From assembly GCA_000708835.1 (NCBI GenBank), contig DF237057.1, forward strand, positions 1 through 64,000: a stretch of 64,000 nucleotides of DNA. Direction: 5' to 3'. A model generated the notes under the pieces. That model searched no databases, was not told the origin of the DNA, and saw only the letters and a program-made list of their open reading frames with translations. Source of the DNA: Klebsormidium nitens (taxonomy: Eukaryota; Plantae; Klebsormidiophyceae). The position numbers were made by a program, and so were the translations under genes. Shown here in pieces: positions 23,901-34,500 of this stretch; the first letter of the stretch is position 1, and the number at the start of each line of letters is the position of its first letter.

Positions 23901-24396
23901 CCAAGTTCAGCTTATTGTCCACCAGACTTTCACCCTCGCTTTGGTTAGCCAAACCCTCGCCACTAACCTCCCCAAGTTCCTGGGCCGCGTTGTTCCATTC
24001 CCGTTCCCAGCCCTCCAAGCCCCCGGACCTTGGAACGGTCTCCGCTTTCCACGATACACAGCGATCCGCCCAGTTCCGCTGATTCCGCTCCTCAAGCCTC
24101 CCAGCAGATGGCAGAACCGCAGAAGCCCCCAGAGTGTCAATTCCTACCGTTGCCCCATCTTGCTTCGCCCTGGGGTGCTCCCACGTGTCCCACGGTTGAG
24201 ACGGCACGTGCTCATTCGCAAAGCCGGTTCGCCAATAGGAATTTCCACCTGCGATGCTGCCACGTGGCAGCATGGCACTGGCCTCCCATTCGCGGCTCAG
24301 GCGAGCCGTTTCTTGATCGAAGACGTCGAGCTCCGCGAGCAGCTGCGCGACTTGGTCCGCTGCCGAGTGTGGCGCCGAGCAGTATCCGGTTGCCAT
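14930..24396 (-). CDS. Sperm-tail PG-rich repeat (STPG/ODF3/SHIPPO-like) protein, probably flagellar; 12 exons, about 1344 aa
   Basis: Exons 24396-23724, 23401-22707, 22373-22178, 21758-21509, 20809-20647, 20201-19888, 19248-18483, 18041-17840, 17340-17094, 16752-16621, 15730-15512, 15107-14930; all GT-AG, phases consistent, total 4035 nt. Motifs: 'AFTFSRTPRF', 'TLGPGFYDV', 'QPGPGQYAL', 'PGPEVGYYEP', 'DLDAGCYDV', 'KRVPAVGF', 'RAPAVDF', 'RTPGFDF'. Confidence 0.85.
16921..17215 (-). repeat. Tandem copy of the 3' about 110 nt of STPG exon 9 including its GTAAG donor; candidate alternative exon 9b at 17021-16925
   Basis: The copy encodes DRAELGNNLLLRLELGPVRKRAPEVDFSRDRPR, versus DRAELGNNLLLRPELGPVRRRAPEVDFSRDRPR in exon 9. 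Period 169 bp. Confidence 0.9.
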
Positions 24397-24707
24397 GTTT
24401 CTGAATTCGCTCTAGTTCCGCTCTTTGCCGAAGGGCTGCTGACTAAGGAATCACTTCGATCAGAGGATCCGGATGCTGGCTCGATAAATCTCTTCAAATG
24501 AAGTTTGGACCCCGGATAGTGTCCTGCCTGGAAACGCTGATAGCGAGTCTGCGCGCTTATTTAGTAGAGATATCTAGTTGAAGAATTTGGTCGGATCGGT
24601 TGAGCTTGAGATTAAGTGCTGCGATCGTGCAGGACCGTTCTGGCGATTTTGCCCCTTTTCACTAAGAAGTAGCAATGGGACCCGATCGGAAGCGCCAGAG
24701 CTGACGA

Positions 24708-26691
24708 CTACTCTAATGCCTGGCCTTTGTACAGCCACATGTTGACTTCCGTTATGTCCATATCCGAGACTGGAGGAATGGGCTCTTCCGTACAGTCGTC
24801 TGAGTTTTGCGGGGGCAGCCGGGACCGAGAGTACTCGTCTGCAGACCAGGGAAAGATGGCCATGAAGGAAGTGACACGAGTAATCGGGCGGTTCAGCTTG
24901 TAAGCGTTCAAGGTCGAGCAGACTTGAACGGACGAAGAACCCCTTTGCCCGCTAGATACTCAAAGACAAAAGCGGTACTCCAACAACTCGTCAACGTTTG
25001 AAAGACGTCAGCAACGTTCGCAAATCGCATACACAACAAGCACGGCGACTCCCTGGTGTTGCCTGGACGGGAACACGAGAGAACGACTTGTAGCACAGGG
25101 AATCTGGGTCTATATGCAACTGGAACGGTGAGCAACGCCGAGTGTCTAAAGGGTCTTCCTTGCGCTATCCCAGGCACTGGCCATGACGTCGTTTGTGACG
25201 GACCTGAAAACATTTTCGCGAGATGATTGTCTGAGCTTGCTTTGAAGACAACCCGCCCATCTTCGAAAGTGCAGGAGATTGTCACTTGATGATAGACATC
25301 AAAAAGTCGAGGGCGGTCAGAAACACAAAGGAAAACTCTCTCGCTCTTTCATGCACGATCAAAAACGAATCCGCAGTGCCACATAAAGCCGCGCTGTACT
25401 GAGCACGAACGCAGACCTACCTTTTGGAGGTGGGAGGGAGCCCAAAAAGGTCAAGTCAGAAGAGAGGAACACCTGACAAGCGCACCTTTGATCGTGTAAG
25501 GCGAGTCAAGGGGCTTCGTAGACATCATGCAGAGGGCCGTGTATACGAGGACGGCCAGGAAGACGGTCACGATTGCATAAGCGGGCAGAGCGATTGCCCA
25601 ATACCTGCAAGGATAACATGGTCGTCAAATTTAGAAGAAGATGCAAAACGACTCGTCACGCTTTTGGCGCCGAGAAATTCGTAACCAAACTCCTCGCTCT
25701 TTTGACGCAGTTTGATCGCTATGTGGAGGCAACGACTGATCTGGCGTTATGACTTTGAGAGCATGGAAACGTGAACTTCTAAAAGAAGAGCCGCTTTCTT
25801 CAAAGGCTTATCCGACACAAAAAGGGTCTGCCTTTTGGAAGCACGTGTTCAACATGGACCAATTGCTCCTGACCCATGCAATCTGACTTGAGACGATCTG
25901 TTCCTTGAATGTAGTACCATAGACGCCGGGCAGGGCTGAGCTCGACTCACAAGGAGACACTGATATCAGCTCAACACTGAAACGATCTTACACTTATCCT
26001 ACATGTATCAGTAGCACAATTTGAAGACGGGAGGACTGGCATGTTTTCAGTTTGGAGTCTTACTTGCTGGGGTAGTAGGTCACTCCTGCCGCGTGGAGAT
26101 ACTGTTCAGGAATGTAAGCCCACAGGATAAATAGCGCTGCAAACAAAACAACGCAAAAAAAAAAAGATCAACAATATGGTGAATTGGTTGCTCGGTCAAT
26201 GTCTGCAGGGAACATAGCACCGCTGATTCCCTTCTTGCAGGAATTGAAGAGGAGATTGCTAACTGGCCCAATGAAGATACCTGCAGGCCATGCAAAATGG
26301 AATGCCTGTGATCTGTCCCAATCCTTTCATCTTCGTGACTCAAGAGAGTGAGGTACCTGGTCTGTTAGATCATCTTTGACGATCTAGGCTGTGTTTGAAA
26401 AGGTTAACTGAACTTCTCGATCAAAGTGCGACTTTCTTTAACAAAAATGGACAGCTTCAGCTGCTTGTCAGAGGCAGCAATCCTTTCAGTGCCGTATTGT
26501 GCTGCTTTCTTGATATCAAGGCAAATAACGCACTTGCTATGAAGGTTGTGGCTACCTCAAAGGCTCCACATTGAGTAGCAGACATTGGCTGGGGGACTCT
26601 CACCATAAGCGACAATTGAAGCAATGGACCCGACAAAGCCGTATACCTCTGCTGGTACGGCCCCCTTCCGCCTGATCGGCTGTGACTGCAT
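24708..26691 (-). CDS. PIGP: PIG-P subunit of GPI-GlcNAc transferase; 4 exons, 136 aa
   Basis: Exons 26691-26604, 26136-26064, 25604-25486, 24838-24708; total 411 nt. Translation: MQSQPIRRKGAVPAEVYGFVGSIASIVAYALFILWAYIPEQYLHAAGVTYYPSKYWAIALPAYAIVTVFLAVLVYTALCMMSTKPLDSPYTIKDEY...IPPVSDMDITEVNMWLY. It carries the hallmark PIG-P motifs EVYGF, LWAYIP, YYPSKYWA. Confidence 0.95.
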
Positions 26692-28527
26692 CGCAGCTGT
26701 CAGGCCCTTCTTAGAACCTTGTGTAAAAATCATTCAGACAGGTCAGGTTGGTGGCTTTTATTTGCGAGGACAGTAGAGGTAGTCCATTACTTTTGTGCTT
26801 TTTTAATGAGTTCTTTTCTTGAAGTGACTTGTGAAAGAGGTGCCAAAAAGCATCTGAGGTCTGCTGGTGGTTGATGATAGCTAGTGGAAGGACTAGGCAG
26901 GTATCGCTCTGTTTGGAAGGCTCAACCTGCTCTGCTTTCTTGAACCATTGAGAGAGCCTAGCTTTTGATCCAGACTTCTATCTCTTCTGGCAGGATATGG
27001 CTCCTGGCTCTGATGCTCTTCTGTGAAGCAATCAGAAGAGATCCTATGCCTTTAAAACTCCCTCCTTTACAAACCAGAATTTCTCTGGCTCAGCAATGGC
27101 AATCAACTCTTATTCCCCCAAAATTCGTCTCCTCAGCATCAATTGCTGATTCCAAATGCACCACCTAGGTCGAGTTGCAACCCTATGCTTCCATACAATC
27201 AGGTGAAAGCATGAAGAAAAGGTGGATATGAGGAATCTGAAAGCTAAGAAAGTCATTTGCTTTGAGAATGCCAAAAGCTGACCGCCTCTTTTTCACAATG
27301 TTCAGGTTGCTCATTCAATCCCATCAGATCATCCGATGCCTCCGAGGCCCGTCAAGTCACTTACATGATCCTTGAAGAGAGTTGACTCCTTCTCAGAAGC
27401 CAACATGCAGGCGGCACTTTATGCAACGCCTTTGTTGATTATCATCCTTTGACCTTCAATCTTTGCAATGCCGTGAAACTTGGAGGCGCCATTATCAATT
27501 GGTGAGCACGATTTGAAGTGGAAGAAAATTAGGGTTTGATACGGTGCGAGAGGCGCAGCGCGCATTGCGCGCGTGGCTCCAGCCTTGATTTCCGTTCCGG
27601 TCAGTAAACTCAAAGTAGAAGCAGTAGCCGAGTTGGTTCCGTTGTTGTCAGGCAGCCGGAATGTGTTCATCCAATGTCGAAAGCGAGCAGGATGGTTTAA
27701 CCCTTTGATGGATTCGACGGTGACTTTTCGTGACGACTGAGCCGGATGGTGCCTGGGCAGGCCGGAACGTGGCCGGACTCGGGCTCGGAAGCTCAGATTC
27801 AGCAGCGGAGCGCACTTAAGAACTCGATCTCTTTCCAGCCAACAGAGGAGAGAGAGCAAAAGCTTCTTTTAGGTTCTAGCTTCGTTGGAACTATGTTGAA
27901 TTAGCCTGATCTTTGTTCGTCTTTTCAAATTCCTACAGTAGTCGCTGACTGTACCAGCTCCTTTGAGCTTGGGTGGAATATTGGCACAGGGGCTCTCACA
28001 AGTGCGGGACGGGATGATGTTATGCAAGATCTGCTGTTTCTACAGGTGGATTTTTGTTTCCATGATAAGTTGATTCAATTTTTGGCAAGGGCTATGTTCT
28101 CCCTTTACTTACGCTGAAGGTGTCAGCTCCTTCATTTTTTAGTCTTCACTCCTGGTTTTCACTTCCCCAGAAGTTTTTCAGTGATGTATTAAATCATTGT
28201 AATTTGCTTAATCAAACTCCCTGCTGTTATTGTTTACCAACTCTTGAGCACAATTAAATTGAAACGGTTTTGTGAAAGGAATCCTGGCCCTGCCGCTTTG
28301 ATGCCGAAAAGAGACTTGACTGGAGGATTCAGAATATTTGATGCGGTCTTCTTCCCTCATCGTGCTTGATGATGAGAATGCTTCGACGATCACCGTGTGC
28401 TCGATAGAACCATTTTGTCCAGATGAGATTCGATACTCAAGAACTCTGTCTCGTCAGCACTGACATCGATGCCATCCTATTGCAGAGAATTGTCAGCCAC
28501 AATACTTTGAAGAGTCTATTGTGATTT

Positions 28528-31500
28528 ATGGCTGGAGGCGCTCTCCGTGCGGTGGGGCTCATTGTAGTTATCGTTATTACAACATGGTTAACAGGTGAGT
28601 TGCTGCTTGCGATTCTTTGACAGAGTTGCGAACAGCAAGTGACAGAGAGTCCAGCACCGTTCTTGTTGTTGCCCCTTCTTCGTAGCTGTGAGCAGGATTC
28701 TTTATGGGTTACTTGTATCAAGTGGATCAACAGGCTGTGCATTTGAGTATCAATTTTTTTGAACAGGCAGTGAATGTGATGAGGCAAGTTCAAAGCTCTT
28801 TCTCAGGGAGGTGACCGCTTCCGCTGGATTCTTAATTTTGCTTACAGGACCCGCGTGCAATGTTTTTGTGCTGCTGTCTGGAGGGCGCAGAGGGATCCCC
28901 GTTTGATTACAGAACCTGTGCATATCTTGGCTGACAACCTGCATGTATCATTGTTTCTTTGGTGCACTTCTGTGTGCTTCCGCTTAGAAGAAGTTCTTGG
29001 TCGAAACTATGTGACTCATGCAAGTCCGAAGTGGCTGCGATGCAAGTGATTGACTGTCCTTCTGAGAATCCGATTGGCGAGATTATGTAGACTTCACAAA
29101 ACTGGAAACTTCGTTCGCCTCCTTACAAGCAAGTAGAGGGCTATATTCTCCTGGTACTTTGATCTGCTTATCAACCCCAGTCAAGTAGATTGTGATTGTC
29201 TTGAACAGGGTTGAAAAACGAACATTGAGGATAAAAAAGCAACAGTTAAAACTTGTGCTAATCATAGCCGTACTTCTTTTTCCCTCCTAGTACCATGGGG
29301 TCCGTTCGGTCGGCCTGCAGCTGCTCCACTTCCAAGCCCCCATGAGGCGCCATCTGTCACGCGCCCTTTGGACACCAACTTCATCTCAAAAACGGGCAAT
29401 GAAAGGGTTTTTGACGGGGGAACTAGAATGAGCGGAAGCGAGGCCCGAGAACGATTGTACTATCTCTTGGAAGTCCTCTTCGCCCGGGCTGACATACGCG
29501 ATGTCGGCGCGGCCATCGAGGGGCTGAAAGAGCTGGCCGCTCTGTTGCCGGAGCATTACATCGGGCCTCAGTGGGAGGGCCACCCTCCGGGACAAACGAT
29601 CCTCGGTCGGGGGCGTGCTTTGAGCCCCCTCGTGCACTATTTTGCGAAGCAGGGAAAGGACGAAAATGGGGTTCCTTTTGTTAAGGGGCAAGAAGAGGGC
29701 GGTAGTCGCATAGCGGGTCTCACGCAAGCGGAGTTTGATGCGCTGGACGAAAGCATGCAGCAGCAGGTTGAGATGGCCGAGGAGTTGAAGTACGAGCTGG
29801 ATAGGCTGAAGGCAAAGTTGAAAGCGGCAACCGAGAGTGTGGAGCCACAGAGTGTTACAGAGGAAGATTTTGTGTTCCGGGTAGCGCCTGGTGGGAGTGA
29901 GTTCGTTCGGGTTGGGGGTGCACAAAGCGCCCCAGGTCAGCAACAGGGGGTCGAGTCTGCCTCTGCAGAAGTCCCCCCCGGGGAGAGACTTTCAGAAATA
30001 GGGCTCCAGGAGAAGGGGGAGTCGCTGCCACCCACACCCGTGCCAAGACCGGCCCCCATCCCCCCTCCCCCGTCAAGCGTTTTCCGCCAGTCTGATGAGC
30101 ACGACCCCAGTCCGTCTTCGTCGGACCACGTAGCGGACGGGGCAGAGCAGTCCGCTGGCGAGAAGGAGTCAGGGACGTTAGACTCGCAGGACGACGATGA
30201 AGAAGAGTTGGAGCAAGTTTTGAGTCGCATGGGGAGGTACAAGACGGGCGTGGGTTCGGCCTTCCAAACCAGCACAGCGCTTGGGGCTGAAAACGGTCGT
30301 CCAAACCCGTCGCTGGTAGATCCCAGCCTTCCGGGCTTGGCAGACCCACCGGGGTTAACAGGAGGGTTATGGGGTGCAAATCCTGCGGGGTTTGACAGCC
30401 CGAACCCGCCCGCTTCAGCGAGCGCTACGTCGCCATCGATCTCCAACGACCTATTCCAAGTCCTCTTCGAAACACCAAACTCCCCCAGACTTTCAGACGG
30501 CAAAGCTGTTGACCAAAGCGCCGACGTCGTAGTGTGGGAGGAGGAGCCATTGGAAAGGGTTGCTGCGGACGCACAATTCCTCCTGGGGGTGTTGGCTTCG
30601 ACTGGGATCGCATCTGACTTTGTCCCCCGGAATGAGACGCAGGCTTTGGGGTACTACAGGCGGGCGGCCGAGGGGGGAGCGCAGCAGGCACAGCTCGCGC
30701 TAGCACACTGGTACCATCAGGTGCGCTTTTCGCTTTAAGAGCTTAAGGTCGGACGTCGCGTTGCTTTCGGGGATGAAAATGTTTCTTCTTTCTTTTCCCC
30801 CGTCCCTAGACCTTCTCCACCTCCTCGGGTTCCTCTCAGGACACAAATACGTAAGGGCTGTCGGAAACGCAGAGATGCCGCAGGTCTAAACATATCACTA
30901 GGTTGTCGTCAGCTTCTGATCGAAGTTCCAAAGTCCTTGATTATAGGGATGTGACCACAGGCGAGTACCTGCGGCCTTGAACTTTGAAATTGTGGAGTAC
31001 CTTCTGTTCTCACATCTGCAAGAGCAAGGTTTGGATACAGTTGGCAGTGAGGGCTTTGCTTACGAAACAAATCTTTCAAGTGGTCGCATCCGCATTCGTC
31101 CCCCTGCCACACAGCTGAAAGTGTCAGGCTTTCTGTGAAGGGTTTGGTAAGACATGACTGTCCAAGGAGACGCACTTGCGTAGGAGACTTCTGAGTTGTT
31201 TCCTTAACAAACATTTCACTTTTCCAAAGATAACGAGTCTCTTTATTGCAGGGTTATCACGTGGACTCCAGCTGCTCGTCGGCCCTCTGGTACCTCCGCG
31301 GCGTTGCTGACAGCATCATGACCTCAGCTCAGGAAGTGGGTGACGTGGTGCTTCCGAGGGCACCCGTCAGGCTGCGCGACCGAGAGCGGGACGCATCTGC
31401 AGCAATGAACGATATGTTCGATCTAGATGCTCCAGATCAGGTGAGGCCTCGGCTGGTTGTTTGAGGCGCGTTCGCCAACAATTGCAACTACTGACGACGA

Positions 31501-34500
31501 AAAAGGGTTGTAATTTCTCCTGTGTAGATGTGGTTTCCGACTGCAAGGAAACTGTTGCAATGTACGGTTCCTTTGAACTCGTTGATCCCGACGAACTTTG
31601 ATCTTAGATGTCGCTTGTCGACCAGTCTCACAGAAGCCAGTCGTTCAAGAACCAGTTGGACTGTGTGCAGAGATATGCGGGTTGCGTCTCAATGACAACG
31701 AGACGGCTCGTCCACACATTGGCTGATTTCGGAGTCACGACCTCGAAGGGTTTCTATGGAGGCGCAGCGTTGCGCGGGCTGCTGGCAGCTCTCAAACATC
31801 TAATTTCACCCATTAAACATTCAGGGCGTCGTGTTTACCATGTCAAAATGTCTCGACTTCCTCTAGATTTGAAGCCCTCTTCAAAGCCCTCTCCCGATTT
31901 GGCGCAGGTGGCATGGGACGAGGACCTAGCACTGCGGGGCGTTGCTGAAGCGCAGCGCCACGTGGGCTACCGGCGGCTGCTGGGACGGGGGGTGGACCAA
32001 GACGTGCACGAGGCGCGGCGCTACTTTGAAGCAGCGGCAGGGGCAGGGGATCCGTACGCTGCTTTCAACCTGGGTTACATGTACATGAGGGTGAGGGGTC
32101 ATCGTTCGTTTGCCTTTCTATGCGGCTCTGATGATGTGATTAGAAGACCTGAGAGTAAAGCGCTGGGTATTCGTAAGCTGCTCTTATTGTTTGTGGTTGC
32201 TGAATTGTTTGCATTGGCCGCAGAGACGACTGCGAGCCTCGTGCCTCAAATCCGAACGGAACAGCCTTCAGCTAATAGTTCCTTAACTGAGTTGCACAAG
32301 GTTTGCGGGCACTATGCACTTTGCCAACCACACAGCCCTCTTCGGGCCTGACGCAAAAGTCTCCTTTAAAAGTTAGAGATCCTAAAATCCATTTATTTCT
32401 CAGATTGAGGAGCTTCCGACCGAGAATGTAACACGATAACACTTGCGCAACTCTGCAGGGCGTTGTATGTCCAGAAAGTCCTCACAGGGGCTGATTGAGC
32501 TCGTATCTCAAAGCCGTGAAACACTGCCTGCTTAGCCTAATCTGACACAATCCACTGATTTTAGGGCATCGCGCATCCCGTCAACTACACGGCCGCCCGT
32601 GAGCTCTTCGAGTATGCCGCTGAAGACGACCTCCCGGCTGCGTACAACGGACTCGGCGTGCTGTACTACAGCGGATGGGGCGTGCCCCAGAACTTCACCA
32701 AAGCGAAGGAGTACTTCGAACTGGGGGCCGTTTTCCAAGACCCCGATAGCTTGGTGAGTGCTTAGCGTGCCAGTGGTTGAGTCTTGTTTGTTTGAAGTCT
32801 GTCAACAAGGCGAAGGAGGCCTTTCCAAAAGCTGCCTTTAAAATCGTCAATCGCGAGATGTCAAAAGCCTGGAATGTGTTGAACTTAATATTTGAAGTGT
32901 CCCTTCGATGCAATACAACCTGGGGAGTGTAGGATTGAGTTGCTCCCGCGTGCCCACGAAAGCGCCAGACCCTGAAAGTACAAAACCCGAAAATTGTCTT
33001 TATGTTAAAACCTGTCTTTAAATCTAACGCTGTCGTTTTTTGGGGCAGTACAACCCCGGCAGTCTGCACCTCCGCTTCGTCGTTCCAGAAACTTTGCAAC
33101 GAAACTAAATTGTAAGACGAAGCACTAAGCTGTATAACCCAAAGCCCTAGAACCCTATTTGCCTCTCTTTGATGCAGTACAATCTGGGCACTCTGTACAT
33201 GGTCGGCTTTGGCGTCTTAGAGAACCTGCCACGCGCGCGCTGATTGAACCCTCGCGCCCCAGGCTTCCGCAACTTCGAAACCAGAATTCTGACTCCCTTT
33301 CTGTAATGCAGTACAACCTGGGCAGTCTGTACATGGGCGGTTTTGCCCTCTCAAAAGACCTGCCACGCACGCGTTGATCACCATACCCCGAACCTCTCGC
33401 ACCCAAGACTTCCAAAACTTCGACTTTCTAACTTTCCGAATCCTTTCTCTGATGCAGTACAATCTGGGCAGTCTCTACATGGGCGGCTTTGGCGTCCCGG
33501 AAGACCTGCCGAAGGCATATGCCTACATCCAAAACGCCTCGCACGCTGGGCATTGGAAAGCGCCTCATACGCTGGGGGTGATGCATGCAGAGGGGACAGG
33601 CGTCGAAAAGAACTGCTCCCAGGCAGTGCAGTTCCTAACAGTGAGCGCCCTTTTACGCATCTCCTCAACTTCTGGTCTTTTCAGGCCTGGTCTTTCTTGT
33701 TCCAATCCCCGCCGCTTCCCGGGTTGTTGCTTTCGACTACTCCCTCGCCTCTTATAGCCCTTTTTGGCTTCTTTTCGTATCGGCTTTCGCGCCTTCATGT
33801 GTTCATTTTGCAGTCGATTGTCGAATGTGCGTATCCCAGTGTGATCTCTCTGTCTGCCGTCGTCGTATTTTGTCGCGCCTCGATTTCTGCTTGCAAGATC
33901 TCGCTTTCTCGTCTTGTTCGCTGCCCTCTTTCGTTTGTGCGATGTCGCTTCCGGCTTACCGCGCCCTTCAATCCATCTTGTCTTCGCTTGATTCATTCCG
34001 ATTACTAAATGCATCTTCTAGCCCGTGGTACAGCCCCGTTCTTTCTTTCAACCTCGCTCCAGAGTCGAGGGATCCCTTGGTACTTGTACACAATGCTCGT
34101 AGATGAGTCTCTGCAGCTGTTTTGCACCGAATGGTGTTACCAGTCTGACGAAGTACACAAAATTCTGACCGCTTTGGAGAAGACATTGAGGGGATGGCTT
34201 GTGATTCCTCTTCCCTGAGTCGGTGTTGCGTTGACAGGGCCAGCTGCGGACAACCATTTTGTTACCACTAAAGCAATTTTTTTGAAACCCCCAAGATCCC
34301 AGAACTCCAGGCACCTTGAAACCTTTAATCTTTGGATCTTAGAACCCTTCCACTCGCCTGCAGCTATTTATCAGCGAGCGGGGTCAATGGCCCGACGAAC
34401 TAGAGGAGGCGTTTGCGTACACGGGCAGCGACGAGTGGTCAGCGCTCCTCCGCTACCTTATCATGGCGGAGCAAGGCAGCCACGTGGCGTGTGCGAATGC

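Noticed and set aside
27540-27700. GC-rich stretch between the divergent PIG-P and HRD3 genes as a bidirectional promoter
   Set aside because: Plausible by position, but no specific motif supports it from sequence alone.
28847-28950. Candidate extra HRD3 exon (VQCFCAAVWRAQRDPRLITEPVHILADNLH)
   Set aside because: Exon 1 (phase 1) joins directly in frame to 29321; this segment in the required phase hits a stop.
32907-33520. Repeat-spacer appearance suggestive of a CRISPR array (also 54735-57935)
   Set aside because: The repeats are exon and splice-site copies inside spliceosomal introns, the 'spacers' are homologous to each other, and there are no cas genes in this eukaryotic context.
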